Source: Escherichia phage nepoznato
Strand: one strand, 5' to 3'
Length of the DNA stretch: 64,000 bases
Sequence record: NC_052658.1
Of this stretch, positions 28,473 to 36,609 are shown one piece after another (positions within the stretch are counted from its first letter, which is position 1; every line of letters starts with the position of its first letter). The notes under the pieces were generated by a model. It had not been told where the DNA came from. It was given only the letters and a program-made list of their open reading frames with translations, and made no database searches. The position numbers and the translations under genes are program-made.

Positions 28473-28664
28473 TTAACCTCCTGTATGCAGTGTTGAAAGA
28501 TACGCAGCAAAAGCATTCTCGGCTGTTTTCACCTCCTCTTCAAGATCTTCACGCTCTGCTGGCGTTAATGCATTCCGCACAGCAGCGTCTGCTTCTCGGA
28601 TTTTTCTTACTAAACGTGAAACATCTTTCAATTGTTGAAAAGTAGCCATAATCTTTCTCCTGTT

Positions 28665-28949
28665 TTAGTTAGTGTCACGCCATTCGGCAATCTCTTCGGC
28701 TAAACGATCACAAGAATCGAAAGCCACTTTACCTTTAGTCTGATTTTCATGTCGTACTTCCTTCAATGCGAGTAATGCGTTCACCAGATTATCAACACCT
28801 TGATCATCCAGTGCGATAACATCGAAGTTAAACCCTGTATCAGTTGGGACTTTACGTTTTATGGTGTAATAGTCTCCTTCATGACGTTCAACATACGCGT
28901 ATGGGTAACTGCTGTTTGGATCATGTTTCACGCGAATAGATGTTTTCAT
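28665..28949 (-). CDS. hypothetical protein
   Basis: 94-aa ORF. Confidence 0.45.
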   Translation of the reverse strand: MKTSIRVKHDPNSSYPYAYVERHEGDYYTIKRKVPTDTGFNFDVIALDDQGVDNLVNALLALKEVRHENQTKGKVAFDSCDRLAEEIAEWRDTN

Positions 28950-28964
28950 GTTTTGTTCTCCTCT

Positions 28965-29216
28965 TTAATCAAACCAGTTGTATTCGGAAGGGTAACGAGC
29001 GTAGTTTGGCTTGTACCCCAGTCTTTTCATCTTAACAGACATACGAGTGAAGCCAAAAGTTGTTTTGCCCTTAGACATAAACTTCTTCCCACTCTTCATT
29101 GGCTTCTTAGGGTTTTTGATCGTCTGGTGTAACGCTCGCGCAAGCCACAAAGTGTATGCGCTAGGCACTTGATTAACTTTCATCTTGTTACCTTTCATCA
29201 TTTCACCTCGGACCAA
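28965..29216 (-). CDS. hypothetical basic protein
   Basis: 83 aa, K-rich. Confidence 0.45.
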   Translation of the reverse strand: MVRGEMMKGNKMKVNQVPSAYTLWLARALHQTIKNPKKPMKSGKKFMSKGKTTFGFTRMSVKMKRLGYKPNYARYPSEYNWFD

Positions 29217-29497
29217 TCAATAGTGATCCACTCATATGCTCCGTTTAGGTCCATTTCTTTATAAACAACAAGCCCACGCTCACGAAGAATTGCTACTGCT
29301 TCATCCATCCATTTCACCTGATTGTAGATTTCCCCTGGGTGGGTAGGGGAATTATCCAGACCAAAATCGGATGGCGTGAAATTCCTTGAAGAGTTTCCCG
29401 CTCGTGCTTCAGCAAAACAAGTCTCGATCACTTCTTCAACAGGGAAGTTGAAGGAAGCTTCTTTTGCAATACGGCGTAACTGTTCAGTCAGATTCAT
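29198..29497 (-). CDS. hypothetical protein
   Basis: 99-aa ORF. Confidence 0.45.
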   Translation of the reverse strand: MNLTEQLRRIAKEASFNFPVEEVIETCFAEARAGNSSRNFTPSDFGLDNSPTHPGEIYNQVKWMDEAVAILRERGLVVYKEMDLNGAYEWITIDWSEVK

Positions 29498-29524
29498 CTT
29501 ATTCTCCTTTCGTTGTGTGAAACA

Positions 29525-29962
29525 TTATAACAGATCTAATGCTTTCAACTCTTCTTTCAATGATTCAAGCAGGTCACATTCAACGTCAATCAGAGATAAC
29601 AAGTGACCAACAATGCCTTCCAGATGTTGATACTCACTATAACTTATAAATTCAGAATTGTAAACAGAAACATCCTTAGTTTCTTTCACAACTTCCCCCG
29701 CAGACACGCAAATAAAAAAGTTACGCTCTCCGCGAGCTAACAATATCTCCCAACTTCTGAACGGATACTGTCCAGCCTCAATAATATCCCCGCTGTCCAA
29801 TAAAGTCAATGAGCAAACAGACCCTGATTCACTAACATCTTCGACGCGGAAACAAGACCCGTCAATCAAAGCCGCCATTTTGAAATTTTCATCAGAGATC
29901 ATAGAGAAAGCTTCACATGCAGCTTTACTTTTGAAACAGTAAACAGCATTAACTTTAAACAT
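29525..29962 (-). CDS. hypothetical protein
   Basis: 145-aa ORF. Confidence 0.5.
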   Translation of the reverse strand: MFKVNAVYCFKSKAACEAFSMISDENFKMAALIDGSCFRVEDVSESGSVCSLTLLDSGDIIEAGQYPFRSWEILLARGERNFFICVSAGEVVKETKDVSVYNSEFISYSEYQHLEGIVGHLLSLIDVECDLLESLKEELKALDLL

Positions 29963-30050
29963 AACATTCCCCTTTTAAACAAAAGACACACCGATGGTAG
30001 CAACAACCAGACGCTTATAAACTTCAACCTCTTCTGTAGGATTAGCCATT

Positions 30051-30503
30051 TTATGCTCTGCCTAGTTCATCATACCATTTCAAAGCGTCTTTTGGAAGCA
30101 TACCAAAATCTTCTTTTAGTTCTTTTTCAATCTCTTCTTTCAGTTCATTCAACACTTGCAGTTGGCGTATTTTCTTCCGTAACAAAGCTTCCCGTTCACT
30201 GTTGCTTGGTGTTACTTCATTTCCTGCTATCATCACATATCCTGTCGGAGAGCAAGGAAGATAGTCATCAATATCTTCTAAAGCATAACGATAATTGGAG
30301 TCCAGGAAGTTTACATGCACACGATCACATCCAAACAAGGTAGCACGGAATACTTCGTAACGAGTTTCAGATAGGATATGTTGCACACAGACAATACCTA
30401 CATCATTTTGCACTGCACAGGTTACATCCAACAAACTTGAATGTTCTTTGACATAATCTGCAACACATTGCACATGTGCTTCCAGTATAGATAGTTGTTT
30501 CAT
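30051..30503 (-). CDS. hypothetical protein
   Basis: 150-aa ORF. Confidence 0.5.
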   Translation of the reverse strand: MKQLSILEAHVQCVADYVKEHSSLLDVTCAVQNDVGIVCVQHILSETRYEVFRATLFGCDRVHVNFLDSNYRYALEDIDDYLPCSPTGYVMIAGNEVTPSNSEREALLRKKIRQLQVLNELKEEIEKELKEDFGMLPKDALKWYDELGRA

Positions 30504-30748
30504 TTTCTACCTCCCCATAATGCTAACATTTTATTGAAAATGGAAACGCGTCGTGCGCGAGATGCCATATCATAATTCATTCTTTCCGTCTCTGCAAGAA
30601 ATTGATCTACTGTAATCAACGCTTTTGTCTTCTCTTTCAGAGTTTGCATATTCATCCATTCACATTCAGAGTACCAATTATCGAAATACAAACTATCAAG
30701 AAGATCCATTGCTGCTTCATTCTGTTGTGGTGTGATCATTGCACACAA
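30500..30748 (-). CDS. hypothetical protein
   Basis: 82-aa ORF. Confidence 0.45.
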   Translation of the reverse strand: MCAMITPQQNEAAMDLLDSLYFDNWYSECEWMNMQTLKEKTKALITVDQFLAETERMNYDMASRARRVSIFNKMLALWGGRK

Positions 30749-30751
30749 CCT

Positions 30752-30982
30752 TTAATAAACAATTTCATATTCGTGAGGAAAGAAAACATAATCTTCTCCT
30801 TCTCGTGCATCTATCTCGTCCCAAAACCATTCCTGCACTTCCATCATCTTCGAGAATCGCACATGAGCAAGTCCACTGTATTCCACCGTAGCTTCCAGCA
30901 CAAGTGGAAATTTTGCATGTGCCAAGCCTTTATAACCACCATCATTCTCAATACGAATTTTCATGCGTTTCATGTTATGCAT
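30752..30982 (-). CDS. hypothetical protein (paralog of 27541-27762)
   Basis: W.W.E....GEDYVFF pattern. Confidence 0.45.
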   Translation of the reverse strand: MHNMKRMKIRIENDGGYKGLAHAKFPLVLEATVEYSGLAHVRFSKMMEVQEWFWDEIDAREGEDYVFFPHEYEIVY

Positions 30983-31184
30983 CCTTCAGACCCTTAATAA
31001 AGTAACGACCAACCGGATTCCCTCGGAAGTATTCGTTAATGAAATCGATAACACACGTTTCACTGCCTGTCACAACGGACGGCTTACAGTTTTGGAATTC
31101 TACAGCTACACGGCTGGCTTTAGCCAGTGCTTGCACACGTGTAGGATTAGTCAAGAACATTGTGACAGTTTTCAAATTCTTCAT
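30975..31184 (-). CDS. hypothetical protein
   Basis: 69-aa ORF. Confidence 0.45.
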   Translation of the reverse strand: MKNLKTVTMFLTNPTRVQALAKASRVAVEFQNCKPSVVTGSETCVIDFINEYFRGNPVGRYFIKGLKDA

Positions 31185-31242
31185 TTCATCTCCTCATTAA
31201 CTGTTTGTTATGCGCGGTATGCAAACTATCATACAAACATCT

Positions 31243-31617
31243 TTATTCAATGCAAGCATTATTTGCATCTTCAATTCTGTCTTTCACCCACTGAAGACGT
31301 AACGTGTTGGTATGACACGCCAAGTTTATACACTCTGAAAGGTAATCCATGCAATCTGCATTGAACGGAAGATTGTAGTCCAGCCCTGCACATGTAAATT
31401 GTTTCCTCATTTCATATTTCAAACGGTCTAACAAATGATCACGCCATCTTCTATCTTCTTCTCTAGTTGTCTCACCAACAAAATCATCTACGTAATCTAC
31501 CAGACAACCACATAAGCCACTCGTTGTGCGATTCATTGCAGGATAGTTGGCAATCCATGCTTTATAGAAGCGAAGCAATGTTGCACTACTCAACGGAACA
31601 TTTTTACTCTCTTGCAC
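31243..31617 (-). CDS. hypothetical protein, GLC.CL/LPFN paralog family
   Basis: FYKAWIANYP...GLCGCLVDYV ... LPFN. Confidence 0.5.
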   Translation of the reverse strand: MQESKNVPLSSATLLRFYKAWIANYPAMNRTTSGLCGCLVDYVDDFVGETTREEDRRWRDHLLDRLKYEMRKQFTCAGLDYNLPFNADCMDYLSECINLACHTNTLRLQWVKDRIEDANNACIE

Positions 31618-31955
31618 GATAATCTCCTCTCATCATTAGCCATCTTTCATGGCAATCATCAATCACCAACATCATACGATCAATCTTCGGCAATTACAAT
31701 CGAATTATCATAGGGGATTCCTATCAATTATCCCATATATACTGATTATTTTTGACACCCCACTCTTGTATAAAAAGTAACCCAAAATATCTACGGGGAG
31801 AGATTATTTCGGGACACCCTGTTTCATGGCAATCATGGCAAGAATATCTAATAGAATCAATATCATATGGCAAAAATCATGGCGTATACGTAAGAAGTGC
31901 TTAACGCGAATTTTCGGGCCGTCAGGTCCACGCAGCGACAATTCCCAAATATCAT

Positions 31956-31979
31956 GCGAATGAGAATAATTATCATTCG
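31956..31979. promoter_or_regulatory. Fur-box-like palindrome
   Basis: GCGAATGAGAATAATTATCATTCG; GATAAT/ATTATC hexamer arrangement. Confidence 0.3.
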
Positions 31980-32137
31980 TATTCAATGACTTATGCAAGG
32001 CTCATGCCAACATAGCGACAAGGTGGGCCACTTGATTATAAATCACACAAACACTTATTTATCAATGGTTTGGCAACTTCATCATATGACGGAACATTGT
32101 CAACTGATCCCGCTCATGACAAGCAGACTATTATTTA

Positions 32138-32156
32138 TATGAGAATGATTATTATT
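32138..32156. promoter_or_regulatory. Fur-box-like element
   Basis: ATGAGAATGATTATTATT. Confidence 0.25.
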
Positions 32157-32213
32157 TAAACGTTTATTAACATAAAAACTAAAATAAATCAAGATTATTC
32201 TGATTTTATTTAC

Positions 32214-32410
32214 GTTTAAGAGAAGGTGCTCAACATCCTACCGGATCGCCGTTGGCAATCCTGCGGATATTTACGCCCCCATGATTAAGGTTTATCTCTT
32301 TTCTTAGTGCTCAACATATCGCGTAGCGATAGTATTCGCCCCCGTGATATTTGCTCTTCTCTTAGTGCTCAACATTCCCGCCTGTGGCGGTAACATTTCG
32401 CCCCCAAAAT
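32214..32410. repeat. three direct iterons: CTTAGTGCTCAACAT box, variable short hairpin, (A)TTTCGCCCCC box
   Basis: Boxes near 32225, 32304 and 32363, each followed 30-40 bp later by CGCCCCC; spacing about 60-70 bp. Confidence 0.6.
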
Positions 32411-32453
32411 TATTGACTTTTATTCTATTATGTGCATAGTGTGCAATGTATCG

Positions 32454-32472
32454 GAATGATGATAATCATCCT
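32454..32472. promoter_or_regulatory. Fur-box-like palindrome
   Basis: GGAATGATGATAATCATCC (GATGAT-A-ATCATC). Confidence 0.3.
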
Positions 32473-32779
32473 CCCATTGCCCCCATAATTATTGCCATGC
32501 TAATTGTTTCCTTATGTAATTATCACAATGACTATTGTTATTGCGCTAATGTTATGATCTTGGTAATTACATATAATGCTAATAATAAGCCAGCGCAATA
32601 AGTGTAAGCGTCATTACGCTTGCAATTATTGCAAGCTACGCAGTAACAAGAAATAACCATCACCGATGGTTATGATTGTTGGGGTGTAGTTGGCTTATTA
32701 TTAGCTCGCTACGTGTCCGGCGTAGCGTGCTAATGATGAGTCTGTAAATGATTCATTGTGTAATGATTTCATTCAGGCA

Positions 32780-32995
32780 CTATTTTGCTAATAGTTATTA
32801 TTTTAATGGTTTCGTTTGTTATTGTTCGTTAGTTGGTTGTTTTGTCGTGTTATCGTTATCTTGCTTAGTATTCATCATGGTTTGATTGTTTGTCGTTATC
32901 AATCATCTTGCTATTATTCCTTTGATTATGATTAGTTTGCTTATTGTTTTATGTTGTTTGTTGGTTAGTTGTTGCGAACTATTATCAACATTATA
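32780..32995. repeat. T/G-skewed low-complexity tract (GTT/TTG-rich, nearly A-free on plus strand)
   Basis: About 200 bp of gtttgttattgttcgttagttggttgttttgtcg... with extreme strand asymmetry. Confidence 0.5.
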
Positions 32996-33030
32996 ATTAT
33001 GCGCTTATATTGCATAGATAATCATGGGTA

Positions 33031-33050
33031 GATGATAATGGTTATCATTG
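33031..33050. promoter_or_regulatory. Fur-box-like element
   Basis: GATGATAATGGTTATCATTG. Confidence 0.25.
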
Positions 33051-33271
33051 CACTAGAAAGGAGGTAAAAGGGTGTTTTTGATGGTTTGTTGTTGGTTGTT
33101 GATCGATTTTAACCGCTCTAAATGGCTCTCTAACAGCCTGTAACCCTGGGAGGTATGGTTATTCGTTTGCTGGTTGATTAGCTCGATACCGCGATTTATT
33201 CAGTTTTGTTCTGTGTCGGTTTTTCATAGGCGGAAGCTATCAATATTGTTCGGGCAAAAATAAAGGGCGCT

Positions 33272-33292
33272 TAGTGCGCCCCTTGTATAATC
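33272..33292 (-). terminator. intrinsic terminator (minus strand) ending the cassette array
   Basis: On minus strand GGGGCGCACUAAGCGCCC hairpin then UUUAUUUUU. Confidence 0.6.
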
Positions 33293-33661
33293 TTACTTTG
33301 TGCTGTTGTAAACGTTATCGCGTTCAACCATCACCGCAAGGCGGATCAGTTGATCAGTTGTATCGCGTAAATTGTCGGGCCATGTTTTACTGTTCCAGCT
33401 ATCCAGGTTTGATTGTATATAGGTTTCAATGGCTTGATCCATATTATCAAACAAGTTTTCCTCCAGGCTCTCGGCTGTTTCACACTGGAAAGCATTAGCG
33501 ACACTATTAATCAATAAGCAAGCCAGTAAATCAGCGTTGCGCCAATTTTTACGGATAGTTTCATCTGTCAGATAACCAACGAGATTAACCTTTGCGCCAG
33601 TGGTGGACGTTGCGATCACTTCTTGCGCTTTTTCAACTGCTTTAATTGCTGATTTGCTCAT
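33293..33661 (-). CDS. hypothetical protein (cassette 1 ORF)
   Basis: Track ORF 33293-33739 runs into the promoter; start moved to ATG (MSKSAIK) after RBS AAAGAGG. Confidence 0.5.
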   Translation of the reverse strand: MSKSAIKAVEKAQEVIATSTTGAKVNLVGYLTDETIRKNWRNADLLACLLINSVANAFQCETAESLEENLFDNMDQAIETYIQSNLDSWNSKTWPDNLRDTTDQLIRLAVMVERDNVYNSTK

Positions 33662-33677
33662 CTTCTTTTCCTCTTTG

Positions 33678-33739
33678 TGGGCTTGCTGTATTGCTCGCCC
33701 TACGTGATAAATAATAATATAAGGGTGATCCCGTGTCAA
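33678..33739 (-). promoter_or_regulatory. PeSL-like early promoter with weak leader hairpin (unit 1)
   Basis: Minus strand TTGACA, 17 bp, TATTAT, TATCACGTAGG, weak GC hairpin, RBS. Confidence 0.5.
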
Positions 33740-33877
33740 TAGGTAGAATTGTAAAGATTTGATAGTTTATCTCTTTGATGCTTTGTTGTTTGATAGATGT
33801 TAGCTATCAATATATAGCGGGGTCGTCCGGTGATTATCTTCCCTGTTTCCAGTGCCGCCCGTTCAATAAGCATAACA

Positions 33878-33905
33878 AAAAACAGGACAAAAACAAGCCC
33901 TGTTT
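33878..33905 (-). terminator. probable intrinsic terminator (minus strand)
   Basis: ACAGG...CCUGU hairpin followed by U-run on minus strand. Confidence 0.35.
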
Positions 33906-33913
33906 TGTAAAGA

Positions 33914-34117
33914 TTAGATGATCTGCATATCTTCCACGATAATTTCTAATTTCCAAACAAGATGATCTAAGCTCCCTGATAAAAATGATTCCGATACATA
34001 ACCGCCATCGGACACCGTAGCAAGGATCTCGCCATTTGCTTGCTCTTTGATTTGAACATCCAGGCGGTTAGCCTTTGCTTTGTTCAGGACGGCGATCAGG
34101 CGGTTAGCTGTAGTCAT
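33914..34117 (-). CDS. hypothetical protein (cassette 2 ORF)
   Basis: Start moved to internal ATG (MTTANRL) 20 nt after leader hairpin. Confidence 0.5.
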   Translation of the reverse strand: MTTANRLIAVLNKAKANRLDVQIKEQANGEILATVSDGGYVSESFLSGSLDHLVWKLEIIVEDMQII

Positions 34118-34140
34118 GATGTTTCTCTCTTCTGTTGTGA

Positions 34141-34197
34141 GCGGCACTATTGCCGCCCTACGTGATAAACTTTACTACCTGTTGCGCCTGCTGTCAA
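34141..34197 (-). promoter_or_regulatory. PeSL-like early promoter with leader stem-loop (unit 2)
   Basis: Minus strand TTGACA, 17 bp, TAAAGT, TATCACGTAGG, GCGGCA-AUAG-UGCCGC. Confidence 0.6.
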
Positions 34198-34198
34198 A

Positions 34199-34303
34199 CT
34201 ATTTTTTCTTTGCTTCCATTCGTCTAAGGTTACGGCTTGACTTGTTACGCAAGGCGCTCAAATCATCATAACCTTTAAAAGGTTGCATATTGTTCGGATT
34301 CAT
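34199..34303 (-). CDS. small basic protein (about 34 aa)
   Basis: Minus ORF MNPNNMQPFKGYDDL... with RBS AAGGGG; stop abuts -35 of unit 2; approximate. Confidence 0.3.
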   Translation of the reverse strand: MNPNNMQPFKGYDDLSALRNKSSRNLRRMEAKKK

Positions 34304-34313
34304 GCTACGCCCC

Positions 34314-34592
34314 TTAACGGTTATAAACGTCGTGAATAGTGATAAAGGCGCTACGACCATAAGCCGCCAAATCGGGATTGATCCAAGTGTTATCTAACAG
34401 TGTTTCAAGGACGATAGAATCATCATGAATAGCATCATAGAAATCAGGATGTATGATCGTTTCAATATCGTCCGGTGTTAGTTCCCAATTAAGGTTGCAA
34501 ACCGCTAAAACGTCTACCAATAACTTCCAATCTTGCAAATTAGTGGTTAATACTGTTTTCATTTCTTCGGTAGTGAGTTTAACGATGGTCAT
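34314..34592 (-). CDS. hypothetical acidic protein (cassette 3 ORF)
   Basis: 92-aa ORF about 20 nt after leader hairpin. Confidence 0.5.
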   Translation of the reverse strand: MTIVKLTTEEMKTVLTTNLQDWKLLVDVLAVCNLNWELTPDDIETIIHPDFYDAIHDDSIVLETLLDNTWINPDLAAYGRSAFITIHDVYNR

Positions 34593-34612
34593 GATATTTT
34601 CTCTTTTTGATG

Positions 34613-34673
34613 AGGCGGAAAGTGTTCCCGCTCTCGATGTGAAACATTATACAACACTAAAAACTGATTGCAA
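34613..34673 (-). promoter_or_regulatory. PeSL-like early promoter with leader stem-loop (unit 3)
   Basis: Minus strand TTGCAA, 16 bp, TATAAT, TTTCACATCGAGA, GCGGGAA..TTCCGCC hairpin. Confidence 0.55.
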
Positions 34674-34683
34674 GTGTTTTTAA

Positions 34684-35013
34684 TTATCGCTTGCTATTCT
34701 CTTTCTCTACTTCCCCGATAGCATCGCAAAATTGATTGATAACATCAGGGTGAACGTCAATAGCGTCAAACAATCCGCTATTAGTTGCATTTTGTAAAGC
34801 AATAGACAATTCAGCCAGGGCGTTCAATTGTTTTACACGGAATTGATCGCGGATTGAATCCATATATTCCATCACTGCACTTTCCAGTGTTTCCCATGTA
34901 GTCGCTGCACCTTCGCCTACAGTTACATCCCACAAATTAGACTCGATTTGAGTCAGTACTACAGTTGGGCGACCAGCAACAACACTGCGGGCTAATTCGA
35001 TTTCATTAAACAT
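34684..35013 (-). CDS. hypothetical protein (cassette 4 ORF)
   Basis: 109-aa ORF. Confidence 0.5.
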   Translation of the reverse strand: MFNEIELARSVVAGRPTVVLTQIESNLWDVTVGEGAATTWETLESAVMEYMDSIRDQFRVKQLNALAELSIALQNATNSGLFDAIDVHPDVINQFCDAIGEVEKENSKR

Positions 35014-35020
35014 TTTATTT

Positions 35021-35079
35021 TCCTCTTTGTGGGGAGAACTATTCTCCCCTTCATGTAAAACAGTCTACAGGTTTATTTC
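35021..35079 (-). promoter_or_regulatory. PeSL-like early promoter with leader stem-loop (unit 4)
   Basis: Minus strand TTGACA, 16 bp, TAGACT, TTTTACATGAA, GGGGAGAA-UAG-UUCUCCCC. Confidence 0.6.
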
Positions 35080-35089
35080 TCAATGTCAA

Positions 35090-35269
35090 CTATTTATTAT
35101 CGGGATTGTAAGCCAGGACCGCGCCACTTGCTTTCACCGCCCCAGCCTCATAGCTGCGTAAATCTTCCTCGGTGATATTCATTGCGATCACTTCCTCGAC
35201 CTCTACGCCAGTAGCAAGGGCGATCTCTTTGATGATATTTGATGTTTTGATAATGTCGATAGTTTTCAT
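35090..35269 (-). CDS. hypothetical protein
   Basis: Track ORF 35090-35317; start moved to ATG (MKTIDIIK) after AAGGGG. Confidence 0.45.
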   Translation of the reverse strand: MKTIDIIKTSNIIKEIALATGVEVEEVIAMNITEEDLRSYEAGAVKASGAVLAYNPDNK

Positions 35270-35279
35270 AGTAAGCCCC

Positions 35280-35399
35280 TTACAGAAGAATAGCCGCGAT
35301 GGTTGAAATGAAAGCAATAACAGCGACGATGATCATCATGTTTTTACCTTCGGTTACTGCTACGTTTTCGGTGCTGTATTCTACGGTATATTTGCTCAT
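35280..35399 (-). CDS. small tail-anchored membrane peptide (about 39 aa; cassette 5 ORF)
   Basis: MSKYTVEYSTENVAVTEGKNMMIIVAVIAFISTIAAILL; first ORF after unit 5 leader. Confidence 0.4.
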   Translation of the reverse strand: MSKYTVEYSTENVAVTEGKNMMIIVAVIAFISTIAAILL

Positions 35400-35415
35400 C
35401 TTTCTACCCTCGTTT

Positions 35416-35475
35416 GTGGTTGGCTGTTGTCGCCGCCCTATGTATTTAATATACACTACCACGGCAGCATTGCAA
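35416..35475 (-). promoter_or_regulatory. PeSL-like early promoter with weak leader hairpin (unit 5)
   Basis: Minus strand TTGCAA, 16 bp, TATATT, TACATAGG, GC-rich leader. Confidence 0.5.
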
Positions 35476-35488
35476 GTTTATTTTGCAA

Positions 35489-35779
35489 TTATTTTTCTTC
35501 TGTAAAAAGCCCATCATTAACAACGGCGGCGATGATTTCACGGGCCATTGATTCGGGAAACGGTAGGCTATAATCCTGGCTTGTTTCATCTTCGCAAGAT
35601 ACCCAATGATAAGCTAATGAATAATACCCCTTAGAAACGGTTTTCAGGCTAACAATGATCACGGTGTTTTGTTCGTTGGTAAACGTCGCCGTGATGGTCT
35701 GGTCGTTTTGCACCATATCCATCAAACGGGCGTTATCATTTACCAGGGAAAACATTAGCACGGTGTTAGCTTTACTCAT
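35489..35779 (-). CDS. hypothetical protein (cassette 6 ORF)
   Basis: Start moved to ATG (MSKANTV) 20 nt after leader hairpin. Confidence 0.5.
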   Translation of the reverse strand: MSKANTVLMFSLVNDNARLMDMVQNDQTITATFTNEQNTVIIVSLKTVSKGYYSLAYHWVSCEDETSQDYSLPFPESMAREIIAAVVNDGLFTEEK

Positions 35780-35799
35780 GATTGCATCCTCAAAGGGGC

Positions 35800-35854
35800 G
35801 CGGCACCATTGCCGCCCTACACGATAACTATAACACAATGTAAAACAGGATCAA
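35800..35854 (-). promoter_or_regulatory. PeSL-like early promoter with leader stem-loop (unit 6)
   Basis: Minus strand TTGATC, 16 bp, TATAGT, ATCGTGTAGG, GCGGCA-AUGG-UGCCGC. Confidence 0.55.
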
Positions 35855-36057
35855 CCTTTATTTTTCCACGGTGTCAGCTTGTTAATCATTGGTGATAAAT
35901 AGCGTTTACCAACGTAAAACAGTACGCCAACTGATGCAACGGCGGCGACCTCATGCATAGCCGACGGGAAACGGGTATCATAATAAGATCCAATAATAGC
36001 GATAGCGGCAACGGCTGCAACGTCGATAATGATTTTTTCTTGTTTTGCGGTGATCAT
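35851..36057 (-). CDS. small membrane protein (cassette 7 ORF)
   Basis: 68 aa with hydrophobic AAVAAIAIIGS and VAAVASVGVLFYVG segments. Confidence 0.5.
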   Translation of the reverse strand: MITAKQEKIIIDVAAVAAIAIIGSYYDTRFPSAMHEVAAVASVGVLFYVGKRYLSPMINKLTPWKNKG

Positions 36058-36079
36058 AATATTTACCTTTTTGTATGGT

Positions 36080-36136
36080 GGGGAACTATTCCCCGCCTGA
36101 TGTAATACAGTTTAACAGGTCCGGTTATGGTGTCAA
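36080..36136 (-). promoter_or_regulatory. PeSL-like early promoter with leader stem-loop (unit 7)
   Basis: Minus strand TTGACA, 16 bp, TAAACT, TATTACATCAGGC, GGGGAA-UAG-UUCCCC. Confidence 0.6.
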
Positions 36137-36142
36137 CCGTTT

Positions 36143-36328
36143 TTAAAGATATTTTATGCTAATAACGTTTTCCGGTTTAACCTTGTTATAATGTGCATCA
36201 ACATAGATCAAACCATCGTCAGAAAAGCCCAGGATCACGCCCTGCGCAATAAAACCGTATTCGTCACGGTAACGCACGGCTATTTTTAATGTTGCGCTGT
36301 ACGCTGTTTTAAGCTCGTTTAAAGTCAT
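36143..36328 (-). CDS. hypothetical protein
   Basis: 61-aa ORF after a terminator-like hairpin and RBS GAGGAT. Confidence 0.45.
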   Translation of the reverse strand: MTLNELKTAYSATLKIAVRYRDEYGFIAQGVILGFSDDGLIYVDAHYNKVKPENVISIKYL

Positions 36329-36357
36329 TTTTGTTTATCCTCTACATGTAAAAAGAA

Positions 36358-36381
36358 AGGGCGCTTGGTGCGCCCTTGTTA
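36358..36381 (-). terminator. intrinsic terminator or attenuator inside the array
   Basis: On minus strand AAGGGCGCACCAAGCGCCCUU then UUCUUUUU; near-identical to 33272 hairpin. Confidence 0.5.
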
Positions 36382-36383
36382 TG

Positions 36384-36530
36384 TTAATCCTCTAAATCCA
36401 TCCAATTATATTTGTCACTCTTCCCGCGCTTTGTTTTATTACGCTTGTCGCCTTTGCGGATCACTTCCTCGTTCCAGGCCTTGCGGATCTTGGAAGATTG
36501 AATTTTTTCTGCGCGATTAGATGTATTCAT
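36384..36530 (-). CDS. small basic protein (about 48 aa; cassette 8 ORF)
   Basis: MNTSNRAEKIQSSKIRKAWNEEV...; RBS AAGAGGAAAC; below track cutoff. Confidence 0.4.
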   Translation of the reverse strand: MNTSNRAEKIQSSKIRKAWNEEVIRKGDKRNKTKRGKSDKYNWMDLED

Positions 36531-36550
36531 TTTGTTTCCTCTTCATATGA

Positions 36551-36603
36551 GCGGCACCATTGCCGCTATATTGTTAATTTAAACTGTTTTGTAAAATTGT
36601 CAA
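36551..36603 (-). promoter_or_regulatory. PeSL-like early promoter with leader stem-loop (unit 8)
   Basis: Minus strand TTGACA, 16 bp, TAAATT, GCGGCA-AUGG-UGCCGC. Confidence 0.55.
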
Positions 36604-36609
36604 GGTTTA

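Noticed and set aside
31804-31998. Track ORF (64 aa, minus strand) inside the non-coding island
   Set aside because: TTG start with no RBS, low-complexity repeats, and it overlaps the Fur-box-like palindrome; more likely regulatory DNA.
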